Shown here in pieces: positions 37,294 to 47,392 of a stretch of DNA of 64,000 nt. The position numbers were made by a program, and so were the translations under genes. The notes below the pieces were generated by a model. The model was not told the origin of the DNA and did not search any database. It worked only from the letters and a program-made list of their open reading frames with translations. Position 1 is the stretch's first letter. Each line of letters opens with the position of its first letter. The stretch is from Bacteroidales bacterium (lineage in GTDB: Bacteria; Bacteroidota; Bacteroidia; Bacteroidales; VadinHA17). The DNA lies in NCBI GenBank assembly GCA_049654745.1, contig JBASIK010000145.1, positions 14,122-78,121 on the forward strand, given 5' to 3'.

Positions 37294-38556
37294 TTACTCA
37301 CCCCTTATTGCTGTGATACCAGGTAGCTTTTTGCCTTCCATATATTCGAGCATGGCGCCACCGCCTGTTGAAACATAGCTGATCTTATCAGCAAGGTTAT
37401 ACTTATTAACTGCAGCTACTGAATCGCCGCCACCAACCAGACTATATGCGCCTTTCTCTGTTGCTTCTGCTATTGCTCTGGCAATAGCCACTGTACCCTT
37501 CGAGAATTTCTCCATTTCAAAAACACCCATAGGACCATTCCATAGAATAGTCTTTGAGTTCATAATAACTTCACGGTATTTTTCAATTGTTTTTTCTCCT
37601 ATGTCGAGTCCCATCCATCCATCAGGCACATCATCAACCGGCGAAACTGATGTCTGAGCATCATTTTCAAATTTATCGGCATTTACACTGTCGACAGGCA
37701 GATAGAGATTTACACCTTTCTCTTTGGCCTTGTTGATGAGGTTGAGTGCCAGGTCGAGTTTATCTTCTTCACAGAGTGATTTTCCAATTTTTCCGCCCAT
37801 TGCCTTCACAAAGGTGTAGGTCATACCTCCTCCAATTATAAGGTTATCAACCTTACTTAAAAGATTCTCAATCAGCATAATTTTATCCGACACCTTAGCC
37901 CCACCCATGATGGCAGTAAACGGCCTCTGTGGATTGTTCAGCACTCTGTCCATGGCAGCAAGTTCGCTGTTGATGAGGAATCCGAACATCTTTTTGTCTT
38001 CGGGGAAGTAATCTGCAATAACTGCCGTTGTAGCATGTTTCCTGTGGGCTGTTCCGAATGCATCATTAACATAAACATCAGCGTAGCTGGCCAGTTTCTT
38101 CGCCATCTCTTTCTGTTTCACCTTCAGTTCAGCCTTAGCTGCTTTTTTCTCTTCCTCTGTTGCTGTTTCCGGTAAAATCGGTTTTCCTTCCTCTTCGGGA
38201 TAGAATCTTACATTCTCAAGCAGCAGTACTTCACCTGGTTTCAGCTCAGCCACCATTTTTTCTGTTGCTTCACCCAGACAATCATCTGCAAATTTCACTT
38301 TCATCCCGAGATGTTTCTCAAGTACCGGAATTACTGGTTTCAGCGAATATTTTTCCTGACGGCCTTCAGGCCTCCCAAGATGCGACATCAGGATGCAGGC
38401 CCCACCATCACCTATAATCTTCTTGATAGTCGGTAGAGCACCCCGTATCCTGGTATCATCAGTCACTTCCAGTGTCTTTTTGTCGAGTGGAACATTAAAA
38501 TCGACCCTTACGATCGCTTTAAGACCTTTAAAACTGAAATCCTGAATCATTTTCAT
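37294..38556 (-). CDS. pgk: Phosphoglycerate kinase
   Basis: [22 protein letters not shown] and VGGGDS..STGGGA. Confidence 0.95.
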   Translation of the reverse strand: MKMIQDFSFKGLKAIVRVDFNVPLDKKTLEVTDDTRIRGALPTIKKIIGDGGACILMSHLGRPEGRQEKYSLKPVIPVLEKHLGMKVKFADDCLGEATEKMVAELKPGEVLLLENVRFYPEEEGKPILPETATEEEKKAAKAELKVKQKEMAKKLASYADVYVNDAFGTAHRKHATTAVIADYFPEDKKMFGFLINSELAAMDRVLNNPQRPFTAIMGGAKVSDKIMLIENLLSKVDNLIIGGGMTYTFVKAMGGKIGKSLCEEDKLDLALNLINKAKEKGVNLYLPVDSVNADKFENDAQTSVSPVDDVPDGWMGLDIGEKTIEKYREVIMNSKTILWNGPMGVFEMEKFSKGTVAIARAIAEATEKGAYSLVGGGDSVAAVNKYNLADKISYVSTGGGAMLEYMEGKKLPGITAIRGE

Positions 38557-38758
38557 ATAACTCTTATTTTAATTGTTTATAAGCATCTTTTAATGCAAAC
38601 CTATGCATTTTTTGGTAAAATAAAGAAAAGCAAATATACAAATAAATTGATTCAGGCTGAAACAAGTAAACACCAGTTTGAAAACAACTTCATGAACTTT
38701 ACCTGAATCTTCGGGTTTATACATTTAATAAAATTCGTTTAACTAAGTAAACTTTATT

Positions 38759-38766
38759 TAATTTTG
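38759..38766 (+). promoter_or_regulatory. Candidate -7 box TAATTTTG very close to the tpx ATG
   Basis: Exact TAnnTTTG ending 8 nt before the ATG at 38774. Confidence 0.3.
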
Positions 38767-38773
38767 AAAGCGT

Positions 38774-39283
38774 ATGGCAACAATTACATTCAAAGGTAAC
38801 CCGGTTACCACTTATGGAGATCTACCGGTTACGGGAGCCAGGGCTCCGGAATTTGTTCTCGTTAAAACTGACCTCAGCAATTTCTCTCTTGCAGATGCTG
38901 CAGGCAAAAAGCTCATCCTGAACATTTTTCCAAGCCTCGACACTTCTGTTTGCGCAACGTCGGTGAGAAAATTTAACGAGCTCGCTGCAGGGAAAGAAGA
39001 CACACTTGTCCTTGCAATATCTAAAGATCTGCCCTTTGCACATAACAGGTTTTGTTCAACTGAAGGCATAAAAAATGTTATACCTCTGTCAGGTTTTCGC
39101 AACAGTGATTTCGGAAAGGATTATGGTGTTGAAATGACCAGCGGCCCTCTTGCAGGATTATATTCAAGAAGCGTTGTAGTAATTGACAGAAACGGCACAG
39201 TCAGATACACCGAGCAGGTACCTGAAATAACACAGGAGCCAGACTACGAAGCAGCCCTGAAAGCTGTTGAACAGTTACCTTAA
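38774..39283 (+). CDS. tpx: Thiol peroxidase (atypical 2-Cys peroxiredoxin)
   Basis: FPSLDTSVCATSVRKFN (peroxidatic Cys context) and FCSTEG (resolving Cys). 169 aa. Confidence 0.9.
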   Translation: MATITFKGNPVTTYGDLPVTGARAPEFVLVKTDLSNFSLADAAGKKLILNIFPSLDTSVCATSVRKFNELAAGKEDTLVLAISKDLPFAHNRFCSTEGIKNVIPLSGFRNSDFGKDYGVEMTSGPLAGLYSRSVVVIDRNGTVRYTEQVPEITQEPDYEAALKAVEQLP

Positions 39284-39312
39284 AAATTGAATCCAATAAC
39301 CTACATGCCGCC

Positions 39313-40446
39313 ATGAATTTTGCACGAATACCAGGCCATCAGGAAACTATTGAAAAGCTTATAAAGTCGGTTAAAGAAAACAGGGTGAGTCATGCCCAGC
39401 TTTTTACCGGACCTGAAGGATGCGGTAGTCTGGCAGTTGCACTTGCTTTTGCACAGTACATAAGCTGTGAAAACAGGCACGAAAAAGATTCATGCGGTAC
39501 ATGTAAATCGTGTATCAAATACGAGAAGATGATTCATCCTGACCTTCATTTTGTATACCCTGTTATAAAAAAGAAAGGAAGCAGTGAAGAACCTACAAGC
39601 GATGACTATCTGCCGCAGTGGAGAGAATTTATTTCAAATTCACCATTCAGAAGCATTAACGAATGGTTTGAAATGATAGGTTCAGAAGAGTCGGGTCAGG
39701 GCATGATATATACTGCCGAGTCATCGGAGATTATCAGAAAGCTTAGCCTGAAGCCATATGAATCAGATTTCAAAATTATGATAATCTGGTTGCCTGAAAG
39801 GATGAACCAGACTTCTGCAAACAAACTGCTTAAACTGGTTGAGGAGCCTCCTGAAAAGACTCTGTTTCTTATGGTAAGTGACGAACCCGACAAAATAATA
39901 CCTACGATATTATCAAGATGCCAGCTGGTGAAAATTCCTGCCTTTAAAAATGAAGAGATAAAAAGCTATCTCAGAAATACTCTTGGGGCAACTGAAAAAG
40001 AAGCGGATGAAATTGCACGGTTGTCACAGGGAAATCTTCTCAGGGCTATAAGCATTTTCGAAAAAGATGAGGCAACCACTCAGAACCTGGAAAATTTCCG
40101 CACTCTTATGCGGCACGCATGGAAAAGAGATATTGCAGCTATGATCGAATGGGCCGATAGAATGGCTTCAACAGGCAGGGAAACCCAGAAAAACTTCCTT
40201 GAATACTCATTGAGACTGCTCAGGGAAAACCTTATGCTGTCACTAAAACAGCACCAGAAAGAACTGGTCTTCCTCTCGGATGAGGAAGCTGCTTTCTCCG
40301 AAAAATTTCACCCTTATATAACTACTGGTAATTGCAACAAACTTGCTGAAGAATTCAATAAAGCCGCTCTTCACATCGAAGCAAACGGTTATGCAAAACT
40401 GGTATTCCTCGACCTTGCCCTCAAGGTTACAAAACTCATTCGCTGA
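39313..40446 (+). CDS. holB: DNA polymerase III subunit delta'
   Basis: HAQLFTGPEGCGS, Zn module CGTCKSC and SRCQ, at the clamp-loader delta' length. Confidence 0.8.
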   Translation: MNFARIPGHQETIEKLIKSVKENRVSHAQLFTGPEGCGSLAVALAFAQYISCENRHEKDSCGTCKSCIKYEKMIHPDLHFVYPVIKKKGSSEEPTSDDYLPQWREFISNSPFRSINEWFEMIGSEESGQGMIYTAESSEIIRKLSLKPYESDFKIMIIWLPERMNQTSANKLLKLVEEPPEKTLFLMVSDEPDKIIPTILSRCQLVKIPAFKNEEIKSYLRNTLGATEKEADEIARLSQGNLLRAISIFEKDEATTQNLENFRTLMRHAWKRDIAAMIEWADRMASTGRETQKNFLEYSLRLLRENLMLSLKQHQKELVFLSDEEAAFSEKFHPYITTGNCNKLAEEFNKAALHIEANGYAKLVFLDLALKVTKLIR

Positions 40447-40484
40447 ACTCTTTGCGTTGAAATTGCCATGTCGTAACAATTAAT

Positions 40485-40492
40485 TACCTTTG
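40485..40492 (+). promoter_or_regulatory. -7 promoter box TACCTTTG
   Basis: Exact TAnnTTTG 29 nt upstream of the ATG at 40521. Confidence 0.4.
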
Positions 40493-40520
40493 CAGTTCAG
40501 TATTAAGCAGAGAAGAGCAA

Positions 40521-41678
40521 ATGGAAGATAACAGGCAACAAAATAAACCTGAAACCGAACAAAAGGTAGCAGAACCAGCATACTGTCCCGGTCTGAATAA
40601 ACTTGATTCTTATAACTGGCTGAAAAACCTTCCTCCTGAAGTAACTAACAATGAAATTGTTGAAGTAAGATTTAAAAACACAAGGAAGGGTTTCTACCGA
40701 AATGTAAACAATTTACGGCTGGAAATAGGTGATATAGTGGCAGTTGAAGCTTCTCCAGGACATGATATTGGCAGGGTATCACTAACCGGTCCGCTGGTAC
40801 TGGAACAGATGAAAAAGCTTAAAGTCATTCCTCCACTGGAGGAAATAAAAAAAATATACCGTAAAGCTAAACCTGTTGATCTTGAGAAATGGGAAGAGGC
40901 AAAGAAGCTGGAAATACCCACAATGCTGAAATCCAGAAAAATAGCAGAAAGCCTCAATCTGAATATGAAAATCAGCGATGTGGAGTACCAGGGCGATAAA
41001 ACTAAAGCTATTTTCTACTACATTGCTGATGAAAGGGTTGACTTCCGCCAGCTTATCAAAATTCTTGCTGAGGAATTCAAAGTAAGGATCGAGATGCGGC
41101 AGATAGGAGCAAGACAGGAGGCAGGACGTATAGGAGGAATAGGCTCATGCGGAAGGGAACTCTGTTGTTCGACTTTTATTACAAATTTTTCATCGGTTAC
41201 CACAACACATGCCAGATACCAGGAACTCACACTTAATCCCCAGAAACTTGCAGGCCAGTGTGGCAAGCTTAAGTGCTGCCTGAGCTACGAGTTCGACTGT
41301 TATGTGGACGCCCAGAAAAATTTCCCTCCAAGAGATGTTCCTCTTGAACTCGCCGACCGAACCCTTTATTTCCAGAAAATGGAAGTCCACAAAGCAATCT
41401 ACTGGTACTCAAAAGAACCAAATACAGCTGCAAATCTGATGTCCATATCTGTTGACAAAGTGAGAGAAATACAGGAACTTAACCAAAAGGGCATCAAGCC
41501 AGATTTTCTCTTTGCTGCTGAAGAATCATGGAATGAAGAACCTTTAGCGGGTGACCTGCTTGAAGATAATAGCATCACTCGCTTCGACAGGCAACAGATG
41601 GCTAACGAAGAACTGAAACAACAGAAGGATTCTCAAAACAGGAAACGTAAAAAACATCATGACAGGAGAAAAAATTAA
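40521..41678 (+). CDS. PSP1 domain protein (YaaT/RicT-like)
   Basis: EFKVRIEMRQIG..CGRELCC..CGKLKCCLSYE is the PSP1 C-terminal signature. It follows holB, as in many genomes. Confidence 0.8.
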   Translation: MEDNRQQNKPETEQKVAEPAYCPGLNKLDSYNWLKNLPPEVTNNEIVEVRFKNTRKGFYRNVNNLRLEIGDIVAVEASPGHDIGRVSLTGPLVLEQMKKLKVIPPLEEIKKIYRKAKPVDLEKWEEAKKLEIPTMLKSRKIAESLNLNMKISDVEYQGDKTKAIFYYIADERVDFRQLIKILAEEFKVRIEMRQIGARQEAGRIGGIGSCGRELCCSTFITNFSSVTTTHARYQELTLNPQKLAGQCGKLKCCLSYEFDCYVDAQKNFPPRDVPLELADRTLYFQKMEVHKAIYWYSKEPNTAANLMSISVDKVREIQELNQKGIKPDFLFAAEESWNEEPLAGDLLEDNSITRFDRQQMANEELKQQKDSQNRKRKKHHDRRKN

Positions 41679-42150
41679 GCCTGCTGCAACTGCTCTGCTC
41701 TGTCTGGTGCTTATTTTTGCCGGGTGTGACAAAAAAATTGTTTACACCGATTTCGTTAAAATTCCGGAAGAAAACTGGACAATTGACAACGTAATATCAT
41801 TTGCTCCGGTTATTACTGATACCTCATCGGTAAGCAATGTTTTTATAACAATTCGCACAGGTGTGGAGTATCCTTATCAAAATATCTGGCTGTTTGTATC
41901 AACCTATTCTCCATCGGGCAGAACAATAACAGACACTGTCGAGTACATGCTTGCCGACGCCAGAGGAAAGCGAACCGGCAGAGGCTTCGGAAACATCAAA
42001 GAAAATGATCTTATCTTCAGAAAAGGAGTCTATTTTCCTGAAAAAGGAACTTATATAATAAATGTCCGTCATGGAATGAGAACTGGAAACCTTAAAGGGG
42101 TTTATAACGTGGGGCTTCGTATCGAAAAAGCCGAAATACCTGTAAAATAA
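41659..42150 (+). CDS. gldH: Gliding-motility / T9SS-associated lipoprotein GldH
   Basis: Lipobox IFAGC. YPYQNIWLFV, TDTVEYMLAD, GFGNIKE and NVRHGMR match the F. johnsoniae GldH sequence as I recall it. 163 aa. Confidence 0.7.
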   Translation: MTGEKIKPAATALLCLVLIFAGCDKKIVYTDFVKIPEENWTIDNVISFAPVITDTSSVSNVFITIRTGVEYPYQNIWLFVSTYSPSGRTITDTVEYMLADARGKRTGRGFGNIKENDLIFRKGVYFPEKGTYIINVRHGMRTGNLKGVYNVGLRIEKAEIPVK

Positions 42151-42160
42151 ACTGCTTGCT

Positions 42161-42862
42161 GTGGGAAAAAACAAACTCGCCCGCTGGGCCGAAATAAAAA
42201 CTTTTAATAACGTTATAGAACCTGATTTTCAAAGTATTAGAAATAGCCCCCATCCATTGAAGGGACTCTGGCAAAAAGAATATTTTAAAAATAACAACCC
42301 TATTATCCTCGAACTGGGATGCGGCAAGGGGGAATATACAACCGGTCTTGCTGAAATAATGCCCGCAATTAATTTCATCGGGATTGATATTAAAGGAGCA
42401 AGATTATGGAGAGGAGCTAAAACTGCCATTGAAAAAAACCTGAAAAATGTACTTTTTATCCGTACACGCATTGAATTCATTACCAATCTGTTTGCAGAAG
42501 ATGAGATCGATGAGATATGGCTTCCCTTCCCCGACCCCCACGAAAAGAAACGAAACATCTCAAAACGTCTGACCAGCCCATTATTCCTAAATAAATACCG
42601 TACCTTCCTGAAAAACGGCGGACTTATCCATCTTAAAACCGATAACAAACTGCTATATGAATATACTCTTAACCTGGTTTCATATAACAACCTTGAAATA
42701 ATATGCTCTACACCTGATGTCTATACTTCGCATCCAGATAACAGAATATTGACACTCAGAACTTTCTACGAAGAAGGATTTTTAAAGGAAGGCAAGAAAA
42801 TCCATTATCTTTCATTCCGGCTCGATAAAAAAAGGGAAATTATTGATTATGAGCAAAAGTAA
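42161..42862 (+). CDS. trmB: tRNA (guanine46-N7)-methyltransferase
   Basis: ILELGCGKGEYT, GIDIKGARLW and LPFPDPHEKKRNISKRL. Confidence 0.9.
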   Translation: MGKNKLARWAEIKTFNNVIEPDFQSIRNSPHPLKGLWQKEYFKNNNPIILELGCGKGEYTTGLAEIMPAINFIGIDIKGARLWRGAKTAIEKNLKNVLFIRTRIEFITNLFAEDEIDEIWLPFPDPHEKKRNISKRLTSPLFLNKYRTFLKNGGLIHLKTDNKLLYEYTLNLVSYNNLEIICSTPDVYTSHPDNRILTLRTFYEEGFLKEGKKIHYLSFRLDKKREIIDYEQK

Positions 42863-43229
42863 CCGTTCTCAAAACATAAGTTTTTTTGAAAGGGTTTATG
42901 AAGTCGTGCGGCAAATTCCATACGGAAGGGTTACTTCTTATGGCGCAATTGCACGATATCTTGGCACAGGACAGTCGGCCAGGATGGTGGGATGGGCTCT
43001 CAATGTATGCAATCATGCTGCTATACCAGCCCACCGTGTAGTCAACCGCAACGGACTGCTGACTGGAAAACATCATTTTGGAACACCTTTACTGATGCAA
43101 CAATTGCTCGAAAATGAAGGGCTTGTCATTGAGGACGATCGTATTCTTAACTTCCATGAAAGGTTCTGGGACCCATCAAAGGAATTAAGCAGTTCGAATA
43201 AATTTTGCCATAACATTAAAAATGACTAA
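42843..43229 (+). CDS. MGMT-family DNA-binding protein lacking the acceptor Cys (alkyltransferase-like, ATL)
   Basis: IPYGRVTSYGAIARYLG..ARMVGWAL, then IPAHRVVNRNG where O6-alkylguanine transferases have PCHRV. The C-terminal QQLLENEGL..FHERFWDP parallels the YbaZ/COG3695 proteins. Confidence 0.7.
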   Translation: MIMSKSNRSQNISFFERVYEVVRQIPYGRVTSYGAIARYLGTGQSARMVGWALNVCNHAAIPAHRVVNRNGLLTGKHHFGTPLLMQQLLENEGLVIEDDRILNFHERFWDPSKELSSSNKFCHNIKND

Positions 43230-43266
43230 TATTGCTGCTTATTTAAAATTAATTTAAATAAAAATA

Positions 43267-44370
43267 ATGTTTACGGAAGAACAGATAAAGAATGCGCTTG
43301 AGAAAGTAATCCATCCCGAAAAAAAAGAAAATATTATTTCTCTGGGCATTGTGCAGCAAATTGAATCAGACGATACTGGTATTACAATTACTTTGCTGAG
43401 AGAGAAAGCTTCAGATCCTTTCTTCTCGTCAATAAAAAGCAATATCACTAGAGCAATTAAGGATACACTTGGCACTGATGCTGTAGTAAAAGAAATCAAA
43501 GTAACTGAGAAAAGTAAGCCTGCAGAAGAGATCAGGGCTGTTGACGACAACTTGCCAGGTGTAAAGAATATCATTGCAGTTGCTTCAGGAAAAGGGGGTG
43601 TGGGCAAATCAACAATAGCACTTAACCTTGCAATAGGACTTTCATTAAAAGGTTATAAAACAGGGTTGCTCGACGCCGATATCTTCGGCCCTTCAGTTCC
43701 TGTTATGCTTGATGTAAAAGATTTCAGGCCTCAGGTAAAAAATATTAATGGCAAAGATATTATTGCCCCTCTCGAAAAATACGGCATAAAGGTACTTTCC
43801 ATTGGATTTTTCGTTGAGCCCGACAGTGCCGTTGTGTGGAGAGGTCCGATGGCATCAAATTTCCTGAAGCAGATGTTGTCGATGACCGACTGGGGCAACC
43901 TTGATTATCTCATTATTGATCTTCCACCGGGCACAAGTGATATTCATCTCACACTTGTCCAGGAAGTTGCAGTAACCGGTGCCATAATTGTAAGTACTCC
44001 GCAGGAAGTAGCACTTGCCGATGCAGTAAAGGGAATAGCAATGTTCAGAAATGAAAAGATAAATGTTCCTGTAATCGGAATAGTTGAAAATATGTCGTGG
44101 TTTACACCTGCCGAACTACCTTCAAACAGGTATTACATTTTCGGAAAGGAAGGCTGCAGGGCGTTGTCAGAAAAAATGAATGTGCCCCTTCTTGGGCAAA
44201 TACCTCTTGTGCAGAGTATAAGGGAAGGATGTGACACAGGACGACCGGTCGTACTCGACAGTAGCAATCCTGCTTCGGAAGCATTCCTTGCACTTGCAGA
44301 AAAAGTGGTTGAAAAAGTTTCAGAACGCAATAAAAACATTAAACCAACAGAACGAGTAAAAATAAATTGA
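43267..44370 (+). CDS. apbC: Mrp/NBP35 (ApbC) family Fe-S cluster carrier ATPase
   Basis: N-terminal DUF59-like VIHPEKKENIISLGIV, deviant Walker A ASGKGGVGKST and DLPPGTSD. Confidence 0.9.
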   Translation: MFTEEQIKNALEKVIHPEKKENIISLGIVQQIESDDTGITITLLREKASDPFFSSIKSNITRAIKDTLGTDAVVKEIKVTEKSKPAEEIRAVDDNLPGVKNIIAVASGKGGVGKSTIALNLAIGLSLKGYKTGLLDADIFGPSVPVMLDVKDFRPQVKNINGKDIIAPLEKYGIKVLSIGFFVEPDSAVVWRGPMASNFLKQMLSMTDWGNLDYLIIDLPPGTSDIHLTLVQEVAVTGAIIVSTPQEVALADAVKGIAMFRNEKINVPVIGIVENMSWFTPAELPSNRYYIFGKEGCRALSEKMNVPLLGQIPLVQSIREGCDTGRPVVLDSSNPASEAFLALAEKVVEKVSERNKNIKPTERVKIN

Positions 44371-44376
44371 AAAAAG

Positions 44377-44619
44377 ATGTCTGAAAACAACAACATCAGA
44401 GAACGAGTTATTAAGTCTCTGGAAAGAATAAGGCCCTATCTTCAGTCTGACGGAGGGGATATAAGTCTTGTTGAAATTACAGAAGATAACACCGTAAAAG
44501 TGAAGCTGCAGGGCACCTGCCATGGATGCCCGTACAGCCTCTATACATTGAAAGCGGGTGTGGAACAGGCTCTTATAAAAGATGTTCCCGAGATTAAACG
44601 GGTTATTTCAATCGACTGA
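44377..44619 (+). CDS. NifU C-terminal-domain (Nfu-type) Fe-S scaffold protein
   Basis: 80 aa with IRPYLQSDGGDISLVE and CHGCPYS. Confidence 0.8.
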   Translation: MSENNNIRERVIKSLERIRPYLQSDGGDISLVEITEDNTVKVKLQGTCHGCPYSLYTLKAGVEQALIKDVPEIKRVISID

Positions 44620-44641
44620 AAAAACTCCCGTCTGTTTTAAT

Positions 44642-44649
44642 TACCTTTG
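44642..44649 (+). promoter_or_regulatory. -7 promoter box TACCTTTG
   Basis: Exact TAnnTTTG 49 nt upstream of the TTG start at 44698. Confidence 0.4.
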
Positions 44650-44697
44650 AGCATACTATAATAGCCGGTCAGGCAGTTTTAGTATAAATGATTTTTA

Positions 44698-47379
44698 TTG
44701 TCCGGATGTAACATTTCATACAGGTTGCTGCCGGTACTGGTAATTCTTGCAGCCGGGGCGGGGTGTTCAGTTGAAAAAAACACCAGCACAACCAGGTTTT
44801 ATCATAGCCTGACATCAAAATATAATATCTATTTCAACGGAAATGAAAGTTTCAAGGCTGGAGCCGATAAGATTACAAAATCATACAAGGATGACTTCAC
44901 CACACTGCTGAGAGTCTTTGAATCGAGCGACCCTGCCATGGCACAGGTTGCATCAGCCGATATGGAGAGAGCTATCCAGAAAGCATCTAAAGTAATTACT
45001 CTTAAATCAATAACAGCCAAGCCTGAAACAAATAAAAAAACTTCACTTACTGAAAAGGATGAAGAATTTCTTAACAGAAAAGAATATAACGACTGGGTTG
45101 AAAAAAGTTACCTTCTTTTAGGTAAGGCAAGAATATACAGGCACGAGTTCGATCTGGCTAAATCAACCCTTGGTTACAATATCTCATATGCATCCAACCC
45201 TGATGTAAAGACTGAATCATCAATCTGGCTGGCAAGAGCATATTCCGAAACCGGTAACCTTAATGAAGCTCAAAGAATTCTAAGGGAGCTCGATGTTTCA
45301 CAGGGTTATCCGGGAAATATCCTTTCACTCTATTACACTACATTAACCGACTTGAATATCAGGCAGAAACGCTATGAAGATGCCGTTTCGAACCTTGAAA
45401 AAGCCATTAAATATACCACCGGCAAAAGAAACAGGATTAGATACACATTTCTTCTTGCACAGCTCTATGAAAAAACAGGCAATAACGCAAAAGCAGAATC
45501 AAATTACCGCCGGGTAATTAAAATGAATCCCCCTTATGAAGTTGAATTCTATGCCAGAATAAATCTTGCCGGTGCTCTGAATCCTGAACAGGGAAATATT
45601 GAAAGTGTCAAAAAAGAACTCATGAAAATGCTTCGTGACCCTAAAAACAAAGAATATCACGACATGATATACTTTGCTATAGCAAACCTGTGCATGAAAG
45701 AGGGTAAAGCTGAAGAGGCCATTAGCTATTACAAAAAGTCAGCCGCCGCCAGCACTTCCAATAAAAACCAGAAAGGAAAAACTTATCTTGCCCTGGCTGA
45801 ATATTATTTCAATATACCTGATTATATTAATGCCGGAAAATATTATGACAGTGCAAGTTATTTTCTTGATGAAAAATATCCCGACTTTCAGTCTGTTAAA
45901 CTAAAAGCAAAAAATCTTAACTCACTGGTAAGCCGCCTTCTTGTGATACAGAGGGAAGACAGCCTGCAAAGGGTAGCCTCAATGAATCCTTCAGAAAGGA
46001 ATATACTTATTGCTTCAATTATTGAAAATGTACGCCGTGCTGAAGCAGAAGCCCAGGCTTCAGGGCAGAACCCGGCAAACATGTACAACCTTGGTCAATA
46101 TTACGAAAACGAAAGACGCTTTCAGCAGAATATTCAGCAGGAAGGAAAATGGTATTTCTACAATCAGGCAGCTCTGACCTTTGGGCGGACTGAGTTCAGG
46201 AGAAGATGGGGGGATCGCCCGCTTGAAGACAACTGGAGGAGACTTAACAAAGCCTCAAGGACAGCCTCACCTGAAACGGCCGAAGGAGCAGCAGCCATAC
46301 AAAATGGTAAACAGAATGAAATACCGCCCGAAGCCGATAACAAAAAGCCTGAATATTACCTTCGAGACCTTCCGCTTAATGACTCACTCCTCAGAGTGTC
46401 GAACCAGAAAATTGCACTCGCCCTTCTTGAAGCAGGAAAAATTTATCACGAAAACTTTTCAGACAATAAAAAAGCTACCGTTACAATAGAAAATCTCATC
46501 CAGAGATTCCCTGGAAGCAGTCTCGAACCTGATGCATTTTATACATTATATAATATATACAGGGAAGAAAATAATACACCGATGGCGGAAATTTACAGGC
46601 AACGTCTTATAGAAAAATACCCTGAGAGCGAATTTGCAAAAATCATTTCCGACCCATCTTACTTCAACAGAAAACTTGAAGAAAACAGACAGGCTGAAAA
46701 ACTGTATGAAGAAGCATATAACGCCTGGCTTAATGAAAACTTCAGCACTGCAGTTGCTCTTTGCAACGATGGCCTTTCAAAATTTTCACTTCATGAACTT
46801 GCACCCAAATTCCAGCTGTTGAAAAGTTACTGCGTGGCGCGCACTGAAGATGAAAGAACTTTCAAGGAAGAGCTTAACAAAGTCATAAAATCCTGGCCCG
46901 ACACCCCGGAAGCTAAAAGGGCAGAAGAACTTATCGCCTTCCTTAACCAGGAAATTCCAGAACTGAAAATAGAAGAAGACAAACAAACCGCAAAGGAAAT
47001 TTATACCGAAGACAAAGATTCGCCCCACCTTTTTGTCCTGGCAATCATCGATCCTTCATTCAATATCAATCAGGCAACTTTTGATGTAATAAGCTATAAT
47101 ATAGACAATTATACAAACCGCAATTTCAGAACCACAGGTGAACTTGTTGAAAATAAATATATTATGATTACAGTTGCGGGATTCAAAGATTTGAATGAAG
47201 CAATGGAGTATTACAATGCCTTCAATGTTGAAAAAGAAATCAGAAACCAGACTGGAGCAAAAATTATTAAATTTATTATCGGCAGAAACAACTTTGCCGC
47301 CCTGCAAAAAGACATGAATCCTGATAGATATAGAGTATATTTCGTTGATAACTATCTCGGAGGGAAAGATGATAAATAA
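44698..47379 (+). CDS. TPR-repeat lipoprotein, probable T9SS component PorW/SprE
   Basis: 893 aa. Lipobox AGAGCS. N-terminal TRFYHSLTSKYNIYFNGNESF resembles the SprE/PorW N-terminal motif as I recall it. Multiple TPR-like A..YY.A repeats. Immediately upstream of porX. Confidence 0.5.
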   Translation: MSGCNISYRLLPVLVILAAGAGCSVEKNTSTTRFYHSLTSKYNIYFNGNESFKAGADKITKSYKDDFTTLLRVFESSDPAMAQVASADMERAIQKASKVITLKSITAKPETNKKTSLTEKDEEFLNRKEYNDWVEKSYLLLGKARIYRHEFDLAKSTLGYNISYASNPDVKTESSIWLARAYSETGNLNEAQRILRELDVSQGYPGNILSLYYTTLTDLNIRQKRYEDAVSNLEKAIKYTTGKRNRIRYTFLLAQLYEKTGNNAKAESNYRRVIKMNPPYEVEFYARINLAGALNPEQGNIESVKKELMKMLRDPKNKEYHDMIYFAIANLCMKEGKAEEAISYYKKSAAASTSNKNQKGKTYLALAEYYFNIPDYINAGKYYDSASYFLDEKYPDFQSVKLKAKNLNSLVSRLLVIQREDSLQRVASMNPSERNILIASIIENVRRAEAEAQASGQNPANMYNLGQYYENERRFQQNIQQEGKWYFYNQAALTFGRTEFRRRWGDRPLEDNWRRLNKASRTASPETAEGAAAIQNGKQNEIPPEADNKKPEYYLRDLPLNDSLLRVSNQKIALALLEAGKIYHENFSDNKKATVTIENLIQRFPGSSLEPDAFYTLYNIYREENNTPMAEIYRQRLIEKYPESEFAKIISDPSYFNRKLEENRQAEKLYEEAYNAWLNENFSTAVALCNDGLSKFSLHELAPKFQLLKSYCVARTEDERTFKEELNKVIKSWPDTPEAKRAEELIAFLNQEIPELKIEEDKQTAKEIYTEDKDSPHLFVLAIIDPSFNINQATFDVISYNIDNYTNRNFRTTGELVENKYIMITVAGFKDLNEAMEYYNAFNVEKEIRNQTGAKIIKFIIGRNNFAALQKDMNPDRYRVYFVDNYLGGKDDK

Positions 47380-47392
47380 AACTTGCTGAGGG

